Shown here: piece by piece, positions 41,542 to 50,705 of the stretch | Layout: every line of letters starts with the position of its first letter | Position numbering within the stretch: position 1 is the stretch's first letter | DNA from: an uncultured Eubacteriales bacterium | GTDB taxonomy: Bacteria; Bacillota; Clostridia; UBA1381; UBA9506 | Assembly (NCBI GenBank): GCA_949299615.1 | Contig: CASGBM010000001.1 | Span: forward strand, 8,280-72,279 | Direction: 5' to 3' | DNA: 64,000 bases | Notes under the pieces: generated by a model | Seen by the model: the letters and a program-made list of their open reading frames with translations, nothing else | Database searches by the model: none | Told to the model about the DNA's origin: nothing | Translations under genes and position numbers: made by a program

Positions 41542-43611
41542 ATGTATAGCGTGTATGGAGACGGAGTGTGCATTTATGACGACCTTCATATGTCAAAGAA
41601 TGTAAGTGCGGTTACTCCGAAACTCAAAATGGCGGATAATTCCGCAGGATCATTCGAAATTACTCTTCCGGTGGGAAACGCCGGCTACGACATACTGGAA
41701 CGGCTAAGTTCCGAAATTGTGATAAAGCAATTCGACGAAGAGATTTGGTCAGGGAGAATTATTGAAGAAAAAAAGAATTTTCAGAACAGCCGTATTCTGA
41801 CATGCGAAGGGGAACTCGCATATTTGAATGACACGACGCAGCCGCCGGCAGAATATGAGGAAATGGAAGTTTATGATTTTTTGCTCGAGCTTTTGAATAA
41901 ACATAACGAAAAAGCCGGCGACAACCGTCAATTTACAATCGGCGCCGTAACGGTTCATGAGTCGTGTGCGAGGACTACAAACGACGAAACAACCATGGAA
42001 GTGATTAATACGCAGCTTGTAAAAAAGCTGGGAGGGCATATCCGTGTCAGAAAAACCGACGGCGTTCGATATTTAGATTATCTGGAAGACTATCCGAATA
42101 CGAATGCGCAGGAGATACGGTTCGGGGAAAATCTGCTGGATCTTACTCAAAACTGGGATGCAACAAAGCTTGCTACGGTCATTGTCCCAAGAGGCGCGAA
42201 ACTGGACGAATCTCCGTTTGACTCGTTAGATGCATATTTGGATGTTTCCAGCGTGAACGGAGGCAGCCGGTACGTCACAAATGAAGAAGCGATCGCGGTA
42301 CGCGGATGGGTGGAAAAAGTGGTGGACTGGAACGATATTACCGATCCGGCGGAGCTTTTAACAAAAGCAAAAGCATATTTGGAAGAAGAACAGTTTGACG
42401 AAATGGTAATAAAGGCGTCCGCTGTTGATTTAAGATACGTTACAGAAGACGCGGTATCCATCCATCTTCTGGATCGGGTCCGATGCGTCTCAAGGCCTCA
42501 CGGTATGGACAAAATATTCCCCGTTACAGAACTTTCCATTCAGCTTGATAAGCCGGACAATTCGACATACACCCTCGGCGATAAGGTGAAAACCAATACA
42601 TTGACCGGGGCATCGAAAGCTGCGAATGATGAAATTAAGGAAAAAATATCGAAAATTCCAGATGAAAAATCGATCCTTGACAAAGCGGCGGATAACGCAT
42701 CTGAGATATTAAATCTTGCTATGCACGGTTATGTAACGATCGTAAAAAATGATTCAGGTTCCGAGGCTCTTGCAATATCGGATACGATGACCTATGATCC
42801 CCAGACGGATAAATGGTCCCCACAGACGAGGCTTTGGCGATGGAACATAAACGGGCTTGGATATTCCAAGGACGGGGGGCGGACGTTCACGAATGCTGCG
42901 ATTACGATGGACGGGCAAATTGTTGCTAATTTCATCACTACCGGCACAATGCAGGCGGAACGGATACGCAGCGGTATTTTACAGGACGATAAGAATAATG
43001 TTAACTGGAACCTGACAACCGGGGTTCTGACAATGAAAAAGGGTTCCATTACACTCGGAATTTCTTCCTCATTCCCCAATGGACGTTTCTCAGTTGACGA
43101 CTATGGATATTTAACTGCGCAGCACGGGACAATCGGAGGATTTACAATCACCGCCGGCGATATTCACAACGATGTCATCAATCTCAATTCGTACGGCTTG
43201 GAGTTTTATGAAAGCGGCGATGCGCTGGGCAATTATGGCACCGGATATTGGAAGAAAAATCCTTCCGTGCAGGGAATGACCGTGAGCTTAGAGCCGAACA
43301 CCGGTTATATTTCGTGGGGCTACCGGGAATCTGAAAGCGCAAATACATATACGACAAAACTGATGTATACATCGGTTGATCTTTTAGGCGACGACGGAGA
43401 TACATGGGTTGGTGACAGGATACATTTGGGCTGTGATTTGGACGGGCATAATTGGCTGGCGTATAACTTTTTTATTGATCCTCTTACCGGGGGATGCAAC
43501 GATGGGGCCAACCATAGAAATGTGAAAATCCCGTTTAGAATATCATCGGACGGCACTATTAGTTCGTACATCGAATGCGATCTTCAAAATGGATTTTTGG
43601 CGGCGCGCTGA
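41542..43611 (+). CDS. Tail-associated lysin-like / baseplate hub protein (Tal; phage minor structural protein N-terminal region)
   Basis: NSAGSFEITLPVGNAGYDILERLSSEIVIKQFDEEIWSGRIIEEKKNF...LTCEGELAYLNDT matches the prophage-tail N-terminal pattern. Confidence 0.75.
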   Translation: MYSVYGDGVCIYDDLHMSKNVSAVTPKLKMADNSAGSFEITLPVGNAGYDILERLSSEIVIKQFDEEIWSGRIIEEKKNFQNSRILTCEGELAYLNDTTQPPAEYEEMEVYDFLLELLNKHNEKAGDNRQFTIGAVTVHESCARTTNDETTMEVINTQLVKKLGGHIRVRKTDGVRYLDYLEDYPNTNAQEIRFGENLLDLTQNWDATKLATVIVPRGAKLDESPFDSLDAYLDVSSVNGGSRYVTNEEAIAVRGWVEKVVDWNDITDPAELLTKAKAYLEEEQFDEMVIKASAVDLRYVTEDAVSIHLLDRVRCVSRPHGMDKIFPVTELSIQLDKPDNSTYTLGDKVKTNTLTGASKAANDEIKEKISKIPDEKSILDKAADNASEILNLAMHGYVTIVKNDSGSEALAISDTMTYDPQTDKWSPQTRLWRWNINGLGYSKDGGRTFTNAAITMDGQIVANFITTGTMQAERIRSGILQDDKNNVNWNLTTGVLTMKKGSITLGISSSFPNGRFSVDDYGYLTAQHGTIGGFTITAGDIHNDVINLNSYGLEFYESGDALGNYGTGYWKKNPSVQGMTVSLEPNTGYISWGYRESESANTYTTKLMYTSVDLLGDDGDTWVGDRIHLGCDLDGHNWLAYNFFIDPLTGGCNDGANHRNVKIPFRISSDGTISSYIECDLQNGFLAAR

Positions 43612-43729
43612 TTAATGAAAGGGGAAGGATAAATGGAAAAGCAGAGAAAACAGCATGTTCATACGCTGAAAAAAGGCCCTGTGAAACCGAAAAAAATTTT
43701 AGAGGAAGTAACGACCGGAGGAGAGAAAA

Positions 43730-44101
43730 ATGAAATACAAAAATTTAGAAATGGAGAAAATGCTGGAGACGCTGAAACCGATCCTTCCGCATAGGGATAA
43801 AATTGGTTATGTAGCGGCCCGCAACACAAGGATACTCAAAAATACACTTACGGAATATTTTGCATTTAAGCAATCATTGATTCAAAAATACGGAGAAGTC
43901 GATAAAGATGAGAACGGAAAGGAACTCCATACGATTACCGTTCATCCTGATTCTCCAAATTTTAAGCTTTTTTCAGAAGAGTTTGACACGATTAAAGACA
44001 TTGAACATGATGTGGAATTGATGACGATTCCTTATGAAGATGTCATAGGCCTATTAAACGGAGAAGAAATTTTGAAACTTGACTGGATGTTTACGGAATA
44101 G
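43730..44101 (+). CDS. Phage hypothetical protein (tail region)
   Basis: RBS GGAGGAG; 123 aa. Confidence 0.5.
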   Translation: MKYKNLEMEKMLETLKPILPHRDKIGYVAARNTRILKNTLTEYFAFKQSLIQKYGEVDKDENGKELHTITVHPDSPNFKLFSEEFDTIKDIEHDVELMTIPYEDVIGLLNGEEILKLDWMFTE

Positions 44102-44112
44102 GAGGGATCGCG

Positions 44113-46731
44113 TTGGCAGATATAGCAAAATCTTTGCAGGTCATTAAAAACGCCGTTTACGGACAAGATATGCGCGGCGCAATCCACGACAGCATAAAGG
44201 CGGTAAACGATGATGTAAAATTCCGGCAGAAAGCGATTGTGGGAAATGCGCAGGGAACTAGTATCACTGTTTCGGATGCCTATCCAGATCTGCCGTTTGA
44301 TATAACGGTATACGGAAAAAATCGGGAATCGATTGGGACCGTAATGAAATACACGAAAGCGTTTGACGCTGGGGGGAAATTGATTGAAAAAAATATTCCC
44401 GTGAAAGCGAACAGGACATATAAAGTAAAATTTGAATCGGCCGGGAGCACCGAAGCAAAGGAACTTTGTATATTAACCTGCCCGGTCGCCTTTCCGTATG
44501 AGGATTCTAACCACAATAATATGTATGTATTTTGTGTAACCAATAACGGAGGGCGGCAGTTTACCGTTATAACGAGTCAGGAATTTGAATTTACAACAAC
44601 GGGAACGGAGAAATATATTAATATTACTACCGGCAACACTGCAAATGATGACGGGTCAAAGATATGGACGGAGATTTCAGTGCGTCCGGCAGAAAAAAGC
44701 ATTAATCAGCCGTCGTCGGTGATCGGAATTGGCGAGTGCGGAGACTTTTCGATTTCGGTCACGGACGGAGAAGAAACCAAAACGAAAGCGGTAGCACTTT
44801 CTGCCCCTCTTTATGAATTGAAAAAATTGGACGGTTCACTGTATCGAAGGGACTCCGTTGATACTGCTTATGGTGTTATCGACCGTCAAATTGGAGTAAT
44901 GCAGTTTGACGGGACGGAAGAATGGTATGAAAACGGCAAAGATACGGAAAAGAAACTGATAAAATATTTTGTTGGCGGTGAATTGTTTGATGGAAGAATG
45001 GACGCGATTAACGGCCCAAGGGTGCATATATGCTCGCATTTTACTTATGGGGATGATGATGCTAATTGGTTTGTTTTAGACAATTCTGTTTTTTATACGT
45101 TCGCCTCGAACCGGTCTGCGTGGTTCGGCGTGTGCGTATCATCGGAAACATATCCAACCGTGGAGAGTTTTAAGACATGGGTTGCCGGGCAGAACGGTGT
45201 CGGGACACCGCTGACTTTATGGTACCCGATTGCGCCGGTTGAGGAGGATATTGAATCGACAATTTTCTCGTCGAAACAGCCAATGACTGCGTATAATAAT
45301 GAAGATGCGGAAATGCTGATCAAATACAGCAGAGATTTGAATTTATTTTTGGAGAACGAAAGAGAAACGTTCAACCCGCTCTATGCCAATGCAATTTTGG
45401 GGAGCGTGGAGGGGAACAATATTACGATAGACGGCGCGGTGGAAGGCACCCCGCTTTCCCTTTCTTTGTACGGGAAATGCACGGAGACACTGACGGATCC
45501 GGAGGCGGAGAAAAGCCCGGACAACCCGGCGGAAATAACGGGGATCGGCGAAAGCGGCAGCGTGACCGTGACGCAGATCAAGGGAAAAAATTTGTTTGAC
45601 GCGGATACGCTGTGTAACAGGATGCGTGCACAGGCGGCGAAGAATGGGTATGATCCTACTTATGTTGCGGACGATAACGTCAGCTTTGACGGGCGCACTT
45701 GCGTAAGGTGCAATCAGCTTGGGACTGCGTTCGGAACGCCCTTTTTTGAAAACGGGAAGCCAAACGTACAATATACATTCACAATGTGGGTTTATACTAA
45801 CCACGACACAGGCGGGATCATGGTCAACGCAGAGTATACAGATGGCACAACAACTTATACCCAAATTACCAAGCATAAAGAATGGGAGCAGCACACCCTG
45901 ACAACTACGGCGGGAAAGACGGTAAAAAGGATTTATTTGTCATATACTGCTGCGGCTATTACGCTTTTTGACAAGAACGGCATGATGTTAAACGAAGGTG
46001 CGCAGCCGCTTGCGTATGAGGCATATGACGGGGAGGATATTGTTATTCCGCTTTCTGAGCCGCTGTATGGAATAAAACATCCGGATACTGGAGAATGGCT
46101 AGCTCGGGATGAAATTCGCGTGGAAAATGGGAAGGTTTCCTTAATCAGAAACATTGATAAAGTGCGGGTAACGGAAAATCCAGTTTCTAGCACAGCAAAT
46201 AATGACGCCACATATTCATATGCTTATGTTGTTACAGATTGGACAACGTATGATAAAATCTACAGCCCTTCTAAACCCGCCGATCCATACAGACTTGCTA
46301 TCCTGTCCGCATTGTTGAAAACGGGAGCAAACTCCGGGTCTACTACTCCCGAGGATTTGGCTATTGGATACCCCGGAGGATATGTGAAGCAGTTTGCTAT
46401 GCGATTCCTTAATACTGTTCTTGGTGTAACATCAGAATCAACAGACGACGAAGTGGAAGCGGCATTTAAAACATGGGTGGCAAATTACAACAGCACACAC
46501 GATATTAAATTTGACGTTTATTACTTGCTGGGAAACGCTGAAATCACGGACATTACGGACACGGAAGCAGGGCAGGCGCTGCTTGCGCTAACTTCTAAGA
46601 ACGGGGCTACATACTCAAACAGTGAGGGCGCGGATATGAAGATCGAGTATAACCGGGATCTAAACAAGGCCTTAGAAGAGCTGCAAAATGCGATTGCGGC
46701 CCTAAGTGCTGCAACAGTCGATAATATTTAG
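44113..46731 (+). CDS. Tail fibre / receptor-binding protein with two duplicated modules
   Basis: N-terminus IKNAVYGQDMRGAIHDSIKAVND is typical of Firmicute phage fibre anchors. Both modules end in ..KTWVA...AEMLIKYSRDLN (45331) / ..KTWVA...ADMKIEYNRDLN (46653). Confidence 0.7.
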   Translation: MADIAKSLQVIKNAVYGQDMRGAIHDSIKAVNDDVKFRQKAIVGNAQGTSITVSDAYPDLPFDITVYGKNRESIGTVMKYTKAFDAGGKLIEKNIPVKANRTYKVKFESAGSTEAKELCILTCPVAFPYEDSNHNNMYVFCVTNNGGRQFTVITSQEFEFTTTGTEKYINITTGNTANDDGSKIWTEISVRPAEKSINQPSSVIGIGECGDFSISVTDGEETKTKAVALSAPLYELKKLDGSLYRRDSVDTAYGVIDRQIGVMQFDGTEEWYENGKDTEKKLIKYFVGGELFDGRMDAINGPRVHICSHFTYGDDDANWFVLDNSVFYTFASNRSAWFGVCVSSETYPTVESFKTWVAGQNGVGTPLTLWYPIAPVEEDIESTIFSSKQPMTAYNNEDAEMLIKYSRDLNLFLENERETFNPLYANAILGSVEGNNITIDGAVEGTPLSLSLYGKCTETLTDPEAEKSPDNPAEITGIGESGSVTVTQIKGKNLFDADTLCNRMRAQAAKNGYDPTYVADDNVSFDGRTCVRCNQLGTAFGTPFFENGKPNVQYTFTMWVYTNHDTGGIMVNAEYTDGTTTYTQITKHKEWEQHTLTTTAGKTVKRIYLSYTAAAITLFDKNGMMLNEGAQPLAYEAYDGEDIVIPLSEPLYGIKHPDTGEWLARDEIRVENGKVSLIRNIDKVRVTENPVSSTANNDATYSYAYVVTDWTTYDKIYSPSKPADPYRLAILSALLKTGANSGSTTPEDLAIGYPGGYVKQFAMRFLNTVLGVTSESTDDEVEAAFKTWVANYNSTHDIKFDVYYLLGNAEITDITDTEAGQALLALTSKNGATYSNSEGADMKIEYNRDLNKALEELQNAIAALSAATVDNI

Positions 46732-46743
46732 GAGGGTTTAGCA

Positions 46744-47124
46744 ATGTTTGAAATTATTAAAAACGTTATTAAAGAAGGGCGCTACAACCTTACGGAGCTG
46801 CTTGTAAAAATTGATACCCTTTGGGTTCAAGGCAGTCTGACGGATGAACAAAAAAGTGAATTGGTACTTGCAGCACAGACTAACGCTGATTTTGGGAACA
46901 GCCTTGATATAATTGCAAAAATTGAAGAATTGGACGCGAGGGTCAGGGCGTTGGAAGGGGAAGAACCGGGCGGTGAAATGGAAGAATATGTACCGGGCAA
47001 ATGGTATTATAACGGGGACAAGGTGTCCTTTAACGGTAAAATTTATGTATGTATTGCCCCGGAAGGCCAGGTTTGCACATGGTCGCCCGCTGAGTATCCT
47101 GCGTATTGGGAAGAAACAGAATAG
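46744..47124 (+). CDS. Small protein with CBM5/12-like carbohydrate-binding C-terminus
   Basis: GKWYYNGDKVSFNGKIYVCIAPEGQVCTWSPAEYPAYWE fits the Y..GD.V...G..Y.C.....W.P...P..W pattern. Confidence 0.45.
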   Translation: MFEIIKNVIKEGRYNLTELLVKIDTLWVQGSLTDEQKSELVLAAQTNADFGNSLDIIAKIEELDARVRALEGEEPGGEMEEYVPGKWYYNGDKVSFNGKIYVCIAPEGQVCTWSPAEYPAYWEETE

Positions 47125-47168
47125 AGGGATTTTTGTCAAAGGCTTCCGATAGTGGAAGGAGGGAAAAT

Positions 47169-47888
47169 ATGAAGATATTTATAGACGCCGGACATAATTA
47201 CAGCGGTTCTGACACAGGGGCGTCGGGATATGGTTTAAAAGAAGAAATCGTAACGTTCGAAATTTCTTATTATTTAAGCACTTTTCTGCGCGATGCCGGA
47301 TATGAGGTCAAAATGAGCCGAAACAAAGTGACGGATATTTTAGGCAATTCAGTAAGTGAAAGCATTAACAGACGTGCGGAGCTGTCAAATAGCTGGGGTG
47401 CGGATCTGTTTATTTCTATTCACTGCAACGCTTATGATGGGACGGCACACGGTACGGAAACGCTGATTTTTTCCAGCCAAAGCAGGGCGCAGCGATATGC
47501 GGAACGAATTTTGGAAAGCATCGTTTCAAAAATCGGTACATATAACAGAGGCGTGAAAGAACGCAGGGATTTGGGAGTGCTCCATCTGACCGCTTGTCCC
47601 GCCGTTTTAGTAGAGACAGCTTTTATTGACAACATGGACGATAACTGGGCGTTAAAAACAAAAACAGAGGACATCGCAAAAGCGATTTTTGAAGGGGTTA
47701 CGGGACAGTCTTCCGGAAACGAAACGAAAGAATTGACGGACGTTGGTGATATTGTCTGGGAATATTCTCATCGTGGGATCGTTTTGGATTCTGACGGAAT
47801 GGTAAATGAAATGAAAGAACATCCGGACGGAAGGCTGTATTGGCTGGCGAGAAAGGCGCTTAAATATATGAGGGAGCGTGATATTTAA
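47169..47888 (+). CDS. N-acetylmuramoyl-L-alanine amidase (Amidase_3-type endolysin)
   Basis: MKIFIDAGHNYSGSDTGASGYGLKEE...DLFISIHCNAYDGTAHGTETL; RBS GGAAGGAGGG. Confidence 0.85.
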   Translation: MKIFIDAGHNYSGSDTGASGYGLKEEIVTFEISYYLSTFLRDAGYEVKMSRNKVTDILGNSVSESINRRAELSNSWGADLFISIHCNAYDGTAHGTETLIFSSQSRAQRYAERILESIVSKIGTYNRGVKERRDLGVLHLTACPAVLVETAFIDNMDDNWALKTKTEDIAKAIFEGVTGQSSGNETKELTDVGDIVWEYSHRGIVLDSDGMVNEMKEHPDGRLYWLARKALKYMRERDI

Positions 47889-48772
47889 TGCCAAAAGGAT
47901 TTGGAGCAAGAGAACGGAAATCACATTTATTGGATTACTGCGGGGCGTTCCGTACGGGAGTAGAAAATCTTCCGGAGAAATTCATGCTGGATGATTCGCA
48001 GATTCCGGACGTGCGCGATCAGGGCTCTGTTAATTCCTGCGTAGGATACGCTGCGACAGGGATCATGCAGATCATGAATTATTTGGAAACCGGAAAGCGG
48101 GACAGGTTTTCAGCAGGATATTTTTACGGGAAATTTCGTGAGGAAGGCGACGAATACGAAGGGATGATCGTGGAAGATGCGCTGGATATCTGGCGAAAGA
48201 CGGGCGTCTGCTTTGAAAATGATTTCCCTTACAATGAAGAAGTGACAAAGATCATTGATCTGGTAAATGAAAAACCAGAACTGGAAGAAACTGCTGAGCC
48301 GTACAAAATCAGCGGGTATGAGATTTATTCCAGTGCAGTGAAAAAGACAAAATACCATATGATAAAACAGGCGTTATTTACGCACAACATCCCGGTGCTG
48401 GCAACGACTGACTATTTTGGCGGCAGTCATGCGATTTGTGTGATTGGCTGGGACGATTCGACGGAGAAATTTGCAATTCTAAATTCGTGGGGAAAAGACT
48501 GGGGCAACTGCGGAACCGGAACCGTTCCATACAAATATATAAAAAGGGGGTATTTGATTATGGACTCGAAAAACGGGGATTTGATGCCGTTTACCGATGT
48601 GGCGGAGGACAAATGGTATCATGATGCAGTAAAGCATGTGTATAACGCTGGGCTGATGAACGGGACAAGTGATACAACATTTGATCCGGAGAAGCCCATG
48701 ACGAGGGCTGAATTAGCGCAGGTGCTTGTAAACCTTTGCAAAAAGCTGGATGGACAGGAGGAGAATAAATGA
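47888..48772 (+). CDS. Papain-like (C1) cysteine peptidase with C-terminal SLH domain
   Basis: DQGSVNSCVGYA (Cys), GGSHAICVIGWD (His), NSWGKDWG (Asn). SLH-like FTDVAEDKWYHDAVKHVYNAGLMNGTSDTTFDPEKPMTRAELAQVL. Confidence 0.75.
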   Translation: MPKGFGARERKSHLLDYCGAFRTGVENLPEKFMLDDSQIPDVRDQGSVNSCVGYAATGIMQIMNYLETGKRDRFSAGYFYGKFREEGDEYEGMIVEDALDIWRKTGVCFENDFPYNEEVTKIIDLVNEKPELEETAEPYKISGYEIYSSAVKKTKYHMIKQALFTHNIPVLATTDYFGGSHAICVIGWDDSTEKFAILNSWGKDWGNCGTGTVPYKYIKRGYLIMDSKNGDLMPFTDVAEDKWYHDAVKHVYNAGLMNGTSDTTFDPEKPMTRAELAQVLVNLCKKLDGQEENK

Positions 48773-49029
48773 ATGAATACAGACAGATTCGTCCGGAGTG
48801 CAAGGAAGAATTTGAGAAATTGCACCGGCGTATAGACAAACGGGACAGAATGCTAAACGAGCAGGATGACGAGCTCAAAGCACATAGCGTGATGATTGCA
48901 AAAATTAGTGAGGACGTGGCGCATGTGACAAAGAGTATGAATAGCCTGACGAAAGCCCTGTGGGGTCTTGCGGGTTCGCTGTTGGTGACATTGTTGGGAT
49001 TCGTGTTTTGGTATATTCAAAGCTTATAG
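48769..49029 (+). CDS. XhlA-like lysis-associated membrane protein
   Basis: Coiled-coil N-terminus plus a single C-terminal TM (LWGLAGSLLVTLLGFVFWYI); located upstream of the holin. Confidence 0.5.
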   Translation: MNEYRQIRPECKEEFEKLHRRIDKRDRMLNEQDDELKAHSVMIAKISEDVAHVTKSMNSLTKALWGLAGSLLVTLLGFVFWYIQSL

Positions 49030-49043
49030 GAGGAGGGTATGCG

Positions 49044-49343
49044 ATGTATGATTTATTGAAAGAGTTTATTAAGCCAGAGCTTCTGATTCTGGTTCCGGTT
49101 TTATATTTAATTGGCGTGGCGTTGAAAAAATCAGCAGTTACGGATAAGCATATTCCGTGGATTTTAGGATCGGTTGGAATTATATTTAGTTTTATCTGGA
49201 TCGCCGCATCAACTCAAATTGGAGATTGGAAAGGAATTTTACTGGCAGTTTTTACTGGGTTTGTACAAGGCGTACTTACTGCCGGAGCTAGCGTGTATGT
49301 AAACCAATTAATTAAGCAAAAGCATAAAACAGATAAGACGTGA
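49044..49343 (+). CDS. Holin (Hol44/phage_holin_5-like)
   Basis: MYDLLKEFIKPELLILVPVLYLIGVALKKS...IPWILGSVGIIFSFIW; RBS AGGAGGAGGG. Confidence 0.7.
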   Translation: MYDLLKEFIKPELLILVPVLYLIGVALKKSAVTDKHIPWILGSVGIIFSFIWIAASTQIGDWKGILLAVFTGFVQGVLTAGASVYVNQLIKQKHKTDKT

Positions 49344-49360
49344 TACATAGCATACAGTAG

Positions 49361-49400
49361 TGTAGGAAATTGGTGTATTCATTGATTATTCCTACATTTT
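49361..49400 (+). terminator. Weak terminator after the lysis cassette
   Basis: TGTAGGAA/TTCCTACA 8-bp stem, 20-nt loop, T4. Confidence 0.35.
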
Positions 49401-49460
49401 GAAAAATAAACCCGATAATAAACAAATTTTAAATTTTTCATAACAAAATGCAAAAAAAGA

Positions 49461-49489
49461 TTGAAAAATCCTTGCATAAATAGTATGAT
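49461..49489 (+). promoter_or_regulatory. Sigma-A-type promoter upstream of ddl
   Basis: TTGAAA (49461-66), 17-nt spacer, TATGAT (49484-89). A second TGGTATAAT extended -10 lies at 49504-12. Confidence 0.45.
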
Positions 49490-49619
49490 TATATAATATA
49501 GATTGGTATAATGGGTTTGGACTGTCCGCAGTTTTCCTTTGCGGCAGTTCGGTACCAACCGCCGTAGCCGGGACGCTTCAGCGGAACCTGAAAATTTGTT
49601 CCCAAGAAAGGGCAGAACT

Positions 49620-50705
49620 ATGAAAAAAACGGTATGTATTATTTTCGGCGGCCGCTCTTCAGAACATGAAGTTTCTTGTATGTCAGCGGCAAACATCATC
49701 AGTTACATAGATAAAGAACAATATCATATAGTCACAGTGGGCATCAGCAAAGAAGGACATTGGTTTTTATATGACGGAGACTGGGATCGTATCCGCGATG
49801 CCTCATGGATCCAACATCCTGGCAAAGCGTGCATTCTTTCTCCCGATCCAAAATATCACGGGCTTTTGGTCTTTAATAAAAACGGCGATATGTCTGTGAC
49901 CCATGTGGATGTAATTTTTCCGGCGCTTCACGGCAAAAACGGAGAAGACGGGACCATCCAGGGGCTGTTTGAATTGTCCGATATCCCATACGTGGGCTGC
50001 GGGGTCCTTTCTTCCTCTGCCTGTATGGATAAGGTAACCACAAAGAAATTGCTGTCGGAGGCACAAATCCCCGTGACCGATGGCTTTGATATTGATTGCT
50101 ACCAAGAGGCGCGCGATCTTGCGGCGGTGCAGGAGAAGATCCAGCGTGAGCTGGGCTATCCGGTTGTAATCAAACCATCTAATGCGGGCTCGTCGGTTGG
50201 AATTACGCTGGTAAAAGAGGAGAAAGATCTGGCAGCGGCATTAAAGCTGGCTGCAGAAAATGACCGGCGGATTTTGATTGAGCGCGGCATGGATATCCGG
50301 GAATTGGAGTGCGCGGTTTTAGGCGATTATCGAAAAGCGCAGGCGGCTTGTGTCGGAGAAATTGTGAAAAAAACAGAAATGTATGATTATGATACCAAAT
50401 ACGTTACGGATACGACTGAATTGGTAATTCCGGCGCAGATCAGCAAAGAACAGGCAGAGCAAATCCGTGCAATGGCTATAAAGGCATTTCAGACTTTGGA
50501 TTGTTTTGGGCTCGCGCGCGTTGATTTCTTTATGGATAAAAAAACAGGTCAAATTTTACTCAATGAAATTAACACTCTGCCGGGCTTTACCAATATCAGC
50601 ATGTATCCCATGCTGTGGGAAAAGTGCGGGGTAGCGAACAAGGAACTGATTACGCAGCTCATTGAACTTTCATCAAAACGCAGTGGGAGTGAAGCAATTG
50701 GATAA
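49620..50705 (+). CDS. ddl: D-alanine--D-alanine ligase
   Basis: MKKTVCIIFGGRSSEHEVS..., ATP-grasp core, C-terminal LLNEINTLPGFT. Confidence 0.9.
   Translation: MKKTVCIIFGGRSSEHEVSCMSAANIISYIDKEQYHIVTVGISKEGHWFLYDGDWDRIRDASWIQHPGKACILSPDPKYHGLLVFNKNGDMSVTHVDVIFPALHGKNGEDGTIQGLFELSDIPYVGCGVLSSSACMDKVTTKKLLSEAQIPVTDGFDIDCYQEARDLAAVQEKIQRELGYPVVIKPSNAGSSVGITLVKEEKDLAAALKLAAENDRRILIERGMDIRELECAVLGDYRKAQAACVGEIVKKTEMYDYDTKYVTDTTELVIPAQISKEQAEQIRAMAIKAFQTLDCFGLARVDFFMDKKTGQILLNEINTLPGFTNISMYPMLWEKCGVANKELITQLIELSSKRSGSEAIG

Larger units (their letters stand above)
1..49400 (+). mobile_element. Prophage (partial; right arm of a siphovirus-like temperate phage, left end outside window)
   Basis: Co-oriented phage modules (replication, terS/HNH/terL, portal, protease-capsid, tail tube, tape measure, Dit/Tal, fibre, lysins, holin) end at 49343 and are followed directly by host ddl-murI-argS. 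The right boundary is approximate; attR cannot be identified without attL. Confidence 0.85.

Noticed and set aside
43633-43794. 53-aa ORF starting at ATG 43633 and overlapping the start of 43730..44101
   Set aside because: It overlaps the better-supported gene out of frame and its second half looks non-protein-like. It may at most be a short upstream peptide.
49513-49619. Hairpin-containing ddl 5' UTR as a riboswitch or T-box
   Set aside because: It has only short imperfect hairpins, with no terminator or anti-terminator pair and no recognisable conserved riboswitch core.
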